Positions 43,501-50,987 of a stretch of DNA of 64,000 nucleotides are shown one piece after another (positions within the stretch are counted from its first letter, which is position 1; every line of letters starts with the position of its first letter). The notes below the pieces were generated by a model. It did not search any database and was not told where the DNA came from. It saw nothing but the letters and a program-made list of their open reading frames with translations. Made by a program: the position numbers and the translations under genes. This stretch comes from an uncultured Sandaracinus sp. (GTDB lineage: Bacteria; Myxococcota_A; Polyangia; Polyangiales; Sandaracinaceae): NCBI GenBank assembly GCA_903828805.1, contig CAIKNO010000330.1, positions 1,096 through 65,095 on the forward strand. The letters are read 5' to 3'.

Positions 43501-44316
43501 ATGCCCATGCGCGCGCGCCCGACCGCTCTGCTGCTCGCCTCGGCGCTGCTGCTCGGCGTCGGGTGCACCTCGGGCACCATCGCCCTGCGCCCGTACGACG
43601 ACGCCGGCGTGGGGCCCTCGGGAGAGGCCGACGCCGCGGCGCCGTCCGCGGCAGCCACCTTCGAAGCGAGCGTCGAGGGCACGCTCACGCGGCGCTGCGC
43701 CGGGTGCCACAGCTCGGTCACGCTCGAGGGGGGCGCCCTCGACTTCCTCCGCCCGAACCCGGACGTGCGGAGCCAGCTCTTCGAGTACGAGGGCATCGTC
43801 GATCTCGTGCAGCCCTCGAGCTCGAGGCTCCTGACCCACGGCGCGCACGCGGGGCCCGCGCTGATGCCCGACGAGTCGACCGCCGTGCGTCGGTGGATCG
43901 CGCTCGAGGTGGACGAGCGCGGGACGATGCCCCCGGAGATGCCGGACCTGAACACCGCACCCATCGTGGTCGGAGACGGCCCGAACGTGCTCACGCTCGA
44001 CCGCATCGGGCTCACGGGCGCGCAGGTCCTGTTCGACGCCACCCGCCTGGTCGGCGGGCTCTTGATCGAGAACCTCCGGGTCGTGGCCGGACCCGCCGGC
44101 GTGCGACTGCGCGGCCCGACCCTGGTCGTATGGGTCGACCGGACGCCGACCGACGCGCCCCTGCCCGAGGGACCGGAGCTGCGGATCGCACCGGACGGCA
44201 CCGCGCCGCTCGGGGCGGGCGGTGCCTCGCTGACCACGTTCCCGGAGGGCGCCGGCCTCGCGATGCGCTTCACGGTCGCCCGCCCGCTCCACGTGGCGGC
44301 CGCGCCCGCGCCCTGA
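43501..44316 (+). CDS. Lipoprotein with one CxxCH motif, paralog of the N-terminal half of gene 38855..40060
   Basis: Track ORF 42307..44316 trimmed to ATG 43501. It has lipobox LLGVGC and the motif FEASVEGTLTRRCAGCHSS. The shared block ALDFLRPNPDVRSQL...GIVDLVQPSSSRLL aligns by eye with ALDFLRPNPDVRTQL...GIVDLVNPTRSRLL in the paralog. Confidence 0.75.
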   Translation: MPMRARPTALLLASALLLGVGCTSGTIALRPYDDAGVGPSGEADAAAPSAAATFEASVEGTLTRRCAGCHSSVTLEGGALDFLRPNPDVRSQLFEYEGIVDLVQPSSSRLLTHGAHAGPALMPDESTAVRRWIALEVDERGTMPPEMPDLNTAPIVVGDGPNVLTLDRIGLTGAQVLFDATRLVGGLLIENLRVVAGPAGVRLRGPTLVVWVDRTPTDAPLPEGPELRIAPDGTAPLGAGGASLTTFPEGAGLAMRFTVARPLHVAAAPAP

Positions 44317-44433
44317 GTCGGCCGTGGGCGCTGGCGCGGCTCGGAGGGCGGGCACCACGCGGCGCCCTGGGCGGGACGATCCCGGCTCCACGCGCGCTTG
44401 AATGGGCCCGCGCGACGGACCACAACGAGCGCC

Positions 44434-45267
44434 ATGCGAGCGGTCGCGTTCGAGAAATTCGAGGGGCTCGGCAACGACTTCATCCTCGTCGAGGCCCCCG
44501 CATCGAGCCTCTCGCGCGCCGAGGTGAAGGACCTCTGCGACCGGCACCGCGGCGTCGGCGCGGACGGCGTGCTCTTCGTCCAGCACGGCGTCGGGCACCC
44601 CTCGATGGCCGTCGTCAACGCGGACGGAAGCGACGCGGAGATGTGCGGCAACGGCCTGCGCTGCGTCGCGCTCTTCCTCGTGCTGCGGGGACGGGTCGCA
44701 GCGCGCGACTTCACCATCGACACCGGCGCCGGGCCGCACGCGGTACGCGTCCTTCAGGCCGGCGTCGAGGGGCGCGTGGAGGTCTCGATGCGGCCTGCGA
44801 GCCTCGCGCCAGAGGAGGTCCCCTGCCTCGCCGTGTCGGCGCTGCGCGATGCCCCGCTCGACGTGCAGGGCCACCGCCTCCGCGTGACCGCGGTCTCGAT
44901 GGGCAACCCCCACGCGGTCACCTTCGACGCGCTCGAGACGACCACCCGTGCCGCGCTCGGACCCGCCCTCGAGGCACACGCCTCGTTTCCGGCCCGGGCG
45001 AACGCCGGATTCGCATCGATGCGCGGCCCGGCCTCGATCGAGCTGCACGTCTTCGAGCGCGGCGCGGGCTGGACGCAGGCGTGCGGCACCGGCGCCTGCG
45101 CGGCCGCCGTCGCGGCGGTCGAGACCGACCGGGCCCCGCGCTTCGCGCCGATCGAGGTCGTGCTGCCCGGCGGTGCGCTCGAGATCGTCGTCGGTCTTCC
45201 CGGCGACCCGGTGCGGATGACCGGCCCCGCGCGCGCCGTGTTCCGTGGCGTGGTGGAGCTGGGCTGA
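44434..45267 (+). CDS. dapF: Diaminopimelate epimerase
   Basis: Trimmed to ATG 44434. DapF blocks are present: FEKFEGLGNDFILV, the active-site EMCGNGLRC, MGNPHAV and the second active-site Cys in ACGTGACAAA. Confidence 0.9.
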   Translation: MRAVAFEKFEGLGNDFILVEAPASSLSRAEVKDLCDRHRGVGADGVLFVQHGVGHPSMAVVNADGSDAEMCGNGLRCVALFLVLRGRVAARDFTIDTGAGPHAVRVLQAGVEGRVEVSMRPASLAPEEVPCLAVSALRDAPLDVQGHRLRVTAVSMGNPHAVTFDALETTTRAALGPALEAHASFPARANAGFASMRGPASIELHVFERGAGWTQACGTGACAAAVAAVETDRAPRFAPIEVVLPGGALEIVVGLPGDPVRMTGPARAVFRGVVELG

Positions 45268-45285
45268 GCCGGGCCCCGCGCTCAG
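45264..45285. terminator. Bidirectional hairpin with both convergent stop codons in the stem
   Basis: CTGAGC-CGGgccCCG-c-GCTCAG forms 6+3 bp and contains TGA 45265-45267 and TCA 45282-45284. No T-run. Confidence 0.4.
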
Positions 45286-46694
45286 ATCAGCAGGCCCGCG
45301 ATGCACGCGGTCATGTTGCTCGCGAGCATGCCGCCGAGCATCGCGCGGAAGCCGAGGCGGGCGAGGTCGGCGCGGCGCTCGGGCGCCATCGCCCCGATGC
45401 CGCCGATCTGGATGGCGATCGACCCGAAGTTCGCGAACCCGCAGAGCGCGTAGCTGGTGATCACCGCCGCGCGCGCCGACATCGGGTGGGCGCTCTCGAG
45501 GTCGGTCGAGAGATGCAGGAAGGCCACGAACTCGTTGAGGACGGTCTTCTCGCCGAGCAGCGTCGCGACCGCGGTGCAGTCGGACCACGGGACCCCCATC
45601 GCGAGCGCAAAGGGCCAGAACACCCACCCGAGCACGCGCTGGATCGACATCGGGTGCCACACGTCCAGCCCCGTGATCCCCGCGCTGCGCGCCTGCTCGA
45701 GGCACGTGACGAGCGCCTCGCCGCGCGGCGCCGCGCACCCCTCGGGCAGGGCCGTGCCCGCCCGATGGAGCCCCGACAGAGCGCGCTCCCACAGCGCGCC
45801 GTTGTGCCACTCCGCGGGCCAGCCGAGGAGCGCGTTCGCCATCGCGACGAGCGCGATGAATGCGATGAGCATCGCGGCGACGTTGAGGGCGAGCTGCAAG
45901 CCCTCCGACGCGCCCGCGGCCGCGGCGTCGACGAGGTTCGCGTGGAGCTGGGCGCGCGGCATCTCGAGCGAGCCCGCCGTCCTCGGCGTCTCGGTCTCGG
46001 GGACCATCACCTTGGCGATGAGCAACGACGAAGGCGCGCTCATCACCGAGCACGCGAGCAGGTGCCCCGCGATGTCGGGGAAGTGGTCGTGCAGCAGCCC
46101 CACGTACGCCGCGAGCACGCCGCCGGCGACCGACGCGAACCCGCCCACCATGATCGCCATCAGCTCCGAGCGCGTCATCGTCGCGACGAACGGCTTCACG
46201 ACCAGCGGCGCCTCGGTCTGTCCGACGAAGATGTTGGCGGCGGCCGACAGCGTCTCGGCGCCCGAGGTCCGCATCGTGCGCTGCATGGCCCACGCGAAGC
46301 CCCGCACGATGCCCTGCATCAGGCCGAGGTGGTAGAGCACCGTCATCAACGTCGAGAAGAAGATGATCGTCGGCAGCACGTTGAGCGCGACGGTGAAGTG
46401 GTCGTCGAGGTAGTCGCCGAACAGGAACCGACTCCCCTCGTTGGTGAAGTCCAGCAAGCGCACGAACGCGTCGTTGAGCGCCGCGAAGAGCCACATGCCG
46501 GCCGAGGTCTTGAGGACCACGACCCCGAACGCCAGCTGCAGTCCGGTCCCCCAGAGCACGATGCGCGTCGGGAAGGCGCGGCGGTTCGTGGAGAAGGCCC
46601 ACGCCACCGCGATCATGAAGCCGAGGCCGAGGAACGAGACGGCCCGGAGCCACCAGGGCACCGAGGTGGAAGCGAGCGCGTCGACGGGGTTCAC
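45282..46694 (-). CDS. NupC/CNT-family nucleoside transporter with ~55-aa loop insertion
   Basis: GTG start. CNT blocks are present: GSRFLFG, NIFVGQTEAPLVVKP, MVGGFASVAGGVL and LGEKTVLNEFVAF. Confidence 0.85.
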   Translation of the reverse strand: MNPVDALASTSVPWWLRAVSFLGLGFMIAVAWAFSTNRRAFPTRIVLWGTGLQLAFGVVVLKTSAGMWLFAALNDAFVRLLDFTNEGSRFLFGDYLDDHFTVALNVLPTIIFFSTLMTVLYHLGLMQGIVRGFAWAMQRTMRTSGAETLSAAANIFVGQTEAPLVVKPFVATMTRSELMAIMVGGFASVAGGVLAAYVGLLHDHFPDIAGHLLACSVMSAPSSLLIAKVMVPETETPRTAGSLEMPRAQLHANLVDAAAAGASEGLQLALNVAAMLIAFIALVAMANALLGWPAEWHNGALWERALSGLHRAGTALPEGCAAPRGEALVTCLEQARSAGITGLDVWHPMSIQRVLGWVFWPFALAMGVPWSDCTAVATLLGEKTVLNEFVAFLHLSTDLESAHPMSARAAVITSYALCGFANFGSIAIQIGGIGAMAPERRADLARLGFRAMLGGMLASNMTACIAGLLI

Positions 46695-46727
46695 GGTCCG
46701 CAGGAGAGCACGGAAGGGGCCGCAGCG

Positions 46728-48041
46728 TCACGCGTGCGCCGCGCGGCGCTCGGAGGGCGGCGAGGCCCGCCGCGACAGCCACGCCCAAGGCGTCCGATCC
46801 GCGCCCGCGGACCGCCCGTCGTGCACGCCGAGCGCGAGCCACGCGCAACTGAAGCGCCCGAGCGCCGAGGCGAGGAAGAGGGGCGTGAGGTCGGCCCCCG
46901 GACCCCCGAGCGCCGACGCGAGCTGGCCCGCGAGCAGCGTCGACATCGAGAAGCCGATCCCGGCCGCCATCGCGAAGAGGGCGAGGTAGTAAGGACGCCG
47001 CGCCGGCGTCGCGATCCCCAGCGGCAGCTGGAACGCCGCGATCCCGTGGCCTCCCCAGACGCACCCGGAGATCATCGAGTCGAGCACCAGCGGCCAGAGG
47101 TTCGCGGGCGACGTGATGCACCACAGCAGCGGCATCACCGACACCCCCGCCGAGCAGAGGACGAGCACGGGCCGCGCGCCGACGCGGTCCACCACCCGCC
47201 CCCACGCGGGCGAGCAGAGCGCCCGCATCAGGGCGATGCCGAGCGTGTGCGCGGCGAGCACGAAGAACCCGGCGTGCAGGGTGCCGAGCACGTGGACCGA
47301 GAAGAACGCCGCGCCGGGGGCGACCGCGATCCCCCACGCGAGCTGGTAGACGAGCAAGCCCCGGGCGCGCGGATCGCGCAGGGCCTCGAGGTATCCGCCG
47401 AGCGAGGGGCGGGCCCTTGGGACGGCCGGCGCGAGCTGCCGCGCGAGCAGCACGCAAGACACGACCCCGCTGACGCAGACGAGGCCCGCGATCGCCGGCA
47501 GCGTCAGGGCGCGGGGCCACGCGCTCTCGAGGACCGAGGCGCTGAGCAGCGACGCCGCCGACGCCCCGAACATCACCCGCACCGAGCGTGCCCCGAAGAA
47601 GCGACCCCGGAGCGAGGACGGCACGACGTCCCCCATCCATGCGCTCCACGCGTTCTGACCGACGACCTGCAAGGCGGCCGAGCACGCGGTCACGAAGAGC
47701 AGCAGGCGCAGACGCGACGCCGCGTCCATTCCGAAGAGCGGCGAGAGCGCCATCGGCAACCACGCGAGCCGCGCGGAGGTCAGCGCGAGCACGGCGAGGC
47801 GCTTTCGCCCGACCCACTCGGTGAGGAGGCCCGACGGGCCGTGCAGGACGTGGGCCCCCATCGTCAGCCCGTGCAGCGCGGCGAGTTCCGTCGCGTTCGC
47901 CCCGAGGAAGAACCCCCACGCCGTGAGCATCGAGCCGGAGGCCAGCACGCCCCAGGTCTCGGACACTCCGCCCTCCACGATCGACGCCCGGAGGGAGCGC
48001 CGCAGGGGCGTGTCGCGCGGGCGGGCGTGGGAGTTCTGCAT
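46728..48041 (-). CDS. MFS transporter
   Basis: Trimmed to ATG 48039-48041. About 12 hydrophobic helices and an MFS-like loop GRVVDRVGARP. Confidence 0.75.
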   Translation of the reverse strand: MQNSHARPRDTPLRRSLRASIVEGGVSETWGVLASGSMLTAWGFFLGANATELAALHGLTMGAHVLHGPSGLLTEWVGRKRLAVLALTSARLAWLPMALSPLFGMDAASRLRLLLFVTACSAALQVVGQNAWSAWMGDVVPSSLRGRFFGARSVRVMFGASAASLLSASVLESAWPRALTLPAIAGLVCVSGVVSCVLLARQLAPAVPRARPSLGGYLEALRDPRARGLLVYQLAWGIAVAPGAAFFSVHVLGTLHAGFFVLAAHTLGIALMRALCSPAWGRVVDRVGARPVLVLCSAGVSVMPLLWCITSPANLWPLVLDSMISGCVWGGHGIAAFQLPLGIATPARRPYYLALFAMAAGIGFSMSTLLAGQLASALGGPGADLTPLFLASALGRFSCAWLALGVHDGRSAGADRTPWAWLSRRASPPSERRAAHA

Positions 48042-48126
48042 GGCGAGGCTCGGCCGGTGCGGAATCGTTCGGAGCCTGGGCCATCGCGCGCGGGCGCGCC
48101 AGAGAACGGCAGGCCCCGATTTCGGT

Positions 48127-49929
48127 ATGATGCGCGGCCCCATGGAGGACCGCGTGGCCGACACGATCCCGAAGCGACTCTTCGAACAAGCCGTCCAGCG
48201 TCCCGAGCAGGCCGCCTACCACGTCAAGGAGAACGGTCTGTGGAGGGCCACGGGCTGGGAGGCCTACGCGAAGGAGGTCATGCAGGCCGCACGGGCGCTC
48301 GTCTCGCTCGGTTTCCAGCCCGGGGATCGGGTCTGCATCCTCGGCTTCAACCGGCCCGAGTGGACCATCCTCGACCTCGCGGCGATGGCCGCCGGCGGGG
48401 CCTGCGCCGGCATCTACACCACCTGCTCGCCGGAGGAGGTCCAGTACATCGTCCACCACGCGGGGGCCCACCTCATCCTCGTCGAGAACGAGGCGCAGGC
48501 GAGCAAGGTCGCGGCCCAGCGCGCGCATCTGCCCGCGCTGCTGCACGTCGTCGGGATGCGCGGTCCGCGCGTCGCGGGCGTCATGTCGTGGGAGGACTTC
48601 CTCGCGCGCGGGGAAGCGACGCCGGCGTCGGAGGTCCGCGCGCGGATCGAAGCGCTCGAGCCTTCGGGGCTCGCGACGTTGATCTACACGTCGGGCACGA
48701 CCGGTCCGCCGAAGGCCGTGATGCTCAGCCACCAGAACCTCGCGTGGACCGCGAAGCAGCTCTGCGAGGTGACGGAGATGGCGCCGGGCGGTCGCGGCCT
48801 GAGCTACCTGCCGCTCTCCCACATCGCCGAGCAGATGACGTCGATCCACGGTCCCGTCACGAGCGGCGGCGCGGTGTACTTCGCCGAGTCCATCGACAAG
48901 GTGCCGGAGAACCTGAAGGAGGTGCGGCCCACGATCTTCTTCGGCGTGCCCCGCATCTGGGAGAAGTTCCACGCGGCCATCGCCGGGAAGATGAAGACCG
49001 CGACCGGGAACAAGGCGCGCCTGCTCGCGTGGGCGCGCAAAGTCGGGGCCGAGGTGAGCGCGCAGCGGAACGCCGGCAAGGAGCCGGGGGCCTTGCTCGC
49101 GGCGCAGCATAGGCTCGCGTCACGGCTGGTCTTCACCCCGCTCAAGCAGCTGATCGGGCTGGACCACGCGCTGGTGATGGTGAGCGGCGCGGCCCCGATC
49201 GCCCGCGAGATCATCGAGTTCTTCGCGAGCCTCGATCTGCGGGTGCAGGAGATCTACGGCCAGAGCGAGGACTCGGGCCCGACGACCTTCAACCTCAAGC
49301 ATGCGACGCGCTTCGGCACCGTGGGCGTCCCGATGCGGGGCGTGAAGGTCGTGATCGCCGAGGACGGGGAGATCCTCGTGAAGGGCCCGAACGTCTTCCT
49401 CGGCTACTACGCCGACGAGGAGGCGACCCGACAGGCCCTCGACGCCGACGGATTCCTGCATTCCGGCGATCTCGGGGCGTTCGACGCCCAGGGGTTCCTC
49501 ACCATCACCGGCCGCAAGAAGGACATCCTCATCACGGCGGGCGGCAAGAACATCACGCCCAAGAACATCGAGAGCGCGGTGAAGAACCATCCGCTCGTCG
49601 GCGAGGCGGTCCTGATCGGGGACCGCCGCAAGTACCTCACGATGCTCGTGACCCTCGACCCCGACGCGAGCGCGGCGTGGATGAGCGAGCGCGGCCTCTC
49701 GTCGAGCCCGCCCGCGGAGCCGTCGATCCGACAGGCGATCCAGGGGCAGATCGACGCGGTGAACGAGAAGCTCGCGCGGGTCGAGCAGGTGAAGAAATTC
49801 ACCGTGCTGCCGAGGGCGTTCGGGATCGAGACCGGCGAGTTGACCCCGACGCTCAAGGTGAAGCGCAGCGTGGTGAACCAGAACTTCGCCGCCGAGATCG
49901 AGGCGATGTACGAGGGCGCTCAGGACTGA
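48127..49929 (+). CDS. Long-chain-fatty-acid--CoA ligase (AMP-forming acyl-CoA synthetase)
   Basis: Trimmed from track ORF 47821..49929. It has the AMP-binding signature LIYTSGTTGPPKAVMLSH plus YGQSE, GDLG and TPTLKVKR. The start could be ATG 48127, 48130 or 48142. Confidence 0.9.
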   Translation: MMRGPMEDRVADTIPKRLFEQAVQRPEQAAYHVKENGLWRATGWEAYAKEVMQAARALVSLGFQPGDRVCILGFNRPEWTILDLAAMAAGGACAGIYTTCSPEEVQYIVHHAGAHLILVENEAQASKVAAQRAHLPALLHVVGMRGPRVAGVMSWEDFLARGEATPASEVRARIEALEPSGLATLIYTSGTTGPPKAVMLSHQNLAWTAKQLCEVTEMAPGGRGLSYLPLSHIAEQMTSIHGPVTSGGAVYFAESIDKVPENLKEVRPTIFFGVPRIWEKFHAAIAGKMKTATGNKARLLAWARKVGAEVSAQRNAGKEPGALLAAQHRLASRLVFTPLKQLIGLDHALVMVSGAAPIAREIIEFFASLDLRVQEIYGQSEDSGPTTFNLKHATRFGTVGVPMRGVKVVIAEDGEILVKGPNVFLGYYADEEATRQALDADGFLHSGDLGAFDAQGFLTITGRKKDILITAGGKNITPKNIESAVKNHPLVGEAVLIGDRRKYLTMLVTLDPDASAAWMSERGLSSSPPAEPSIRQAIQGQIDAVNEKLARVEQVKKFTVLPRAFGIETGELTPTLKVKRSVVNQNFAAEIEAMYEGAQD

Positions 49930-50019
49930 GGGCCCGCGCGGCGAGCACGGAGGCGAGGCGGCGAGGACGGTCGCCACGCGCCGCGCACGGGCGGCGCGAA
50001 GGTGGGCACGGGCGGCGAC

Positions 50020-50934
50020 TCAGTAGCGCTCGACGTCGGGATCGACGCGCTGCGACCACTCGTCGATCCCGCCCTCGACGTTCCACACGTCCGAGAACCC
50101 GAGGCGCAGGCAGTGCTCGGCGGCGCTGCGGCTGCGCACGCCGTGGTGGCAGTAGAGGACGAGCGTCGTCGCGCGGTCGAGCTCGGTGAGCCGGGCGCGG
50201 AACGCCTCGTCGAGCAGCTCGCTGCCCTCGATGTGGGCGATGGCCCGCTCCCCCTTGGTCCGCACGTCGAGCAGCAGGTGGGGCTTGCCGCCCTTGCGCA
50301 TGCGGTCGAGCTGGGCGACCGAGAGGCTCTTCACCTTGGGCGGCGCCATGGGGTTCTCGATGCGGAAGCCGCTCGCCTCGACGCCCTCGACGAAGTCGAT
50401 GGTGATGCCGTGGGCGCGGCGGGCGCTCGCGCGATCCATCGCGAGGGTCAGCGCCCCGAGATCGAGGACGAGGTCGCCCTTCTCGGGGCCCGCGAGATCG
50501 AGCTCCGTGTCGAACGCGCGGTCGACGACCATGCGGACCTGCGGCCGCTCCACCCCCGCGTACCCGCGCAGCGCGGTGACCGCGGCCTCGGTGATGTGCA
50601 CCTCGGGGGTCTCCGTCGAGAGCGGCCCCGACACGCCCAGCGCGCCCGCGAGCTCGCCCGTGCGGGCCATCTCCGCGAGGATGTCCGCGCCGCCGACGAG
50701 GGTGCCGCGGACGTAGAGCTGCGGCAGCGTGGGCCACTGGCCGAAGTCCTTGATGCCCTCCCGGAGCGCCTCGTCCGCGAGCACGTCCACCGTGAGGTAG
50801 TCCTCGAGGTGCTCGTCGAGCAGGTCGACGACGCGCGCCGAGAACCCGCACGCGGGCGCGCCGCGGTGTCCCTTCATGAAGAGCACGACCGGCTCCTGCC
50901 GGAGGAGGCTCTCGATCCGTGATCGAACGTCCAT
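50020..50934 (-). CDS. Three-domain fusion: monothiol glutaredoxin (CGFS), Cys-less IscA/HesB-like domain, rhodanese
   Basis: Last 304 aa of track ORF 50020..52572, from ATG 50932-50934. The Grx4-type block is VVLFMKG...PACGFS...WPTLPQLYV. The IscA-like block is VHITEAAVTAL...GITIDFVE...GFRIENP, without Cys ligands. The rhodanese block is LLDVRT...YCHHGVRS. Confidence 0.85.
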   Translation of the reverse strand: MDVRSRIESLLRQEPVVLFMKGHRGAPACGFSARVVDLLDEHLEDYLTVDVLADEALREGIKDFGQWPTLPQLYVRGTLVGGADILAEMARTGELAGALGVSGPLSTETPEVHITEAAVTALRGYAGVERPQVRMVVDRAFDTELDLAGPEKGDLVLDLGALTLAMDRASARRAHGITIDFVEGVEASGFRIENPMAPPKVKSLSVAQLDRMRKGGKPHLLLDVRTKGERAIAHIEGSELLDEAFRARLTELDRATTLVLYCHHGVRSRSAAEHCLRLGFSDVWNVEGGIDEWSQRVDPDVERY

Positions 50935-50987
50935 GCGGGCCGAAGGGACCACGGAGTGGGGCCCTCCGCAAGCGCCCGCGCGCAAGC

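Noticed and set aside
43468-49112. Two giant overlapping ORFs in the track: 1880 aa on the minus strand (43468..49110) and 1849 aa on the plus strand (43563..49112).
   Set aside because: Both are dominated by Arg/Gly/Ala/Pro/Asp/His runs with no recognisable motifs. Both run across four well-supported genes (dapF, NupC-family, MFS, acyl-CoA ligase) in other frames or on the other strand. This is typical stop-codon-poor artefact in a ~70% GC genome.
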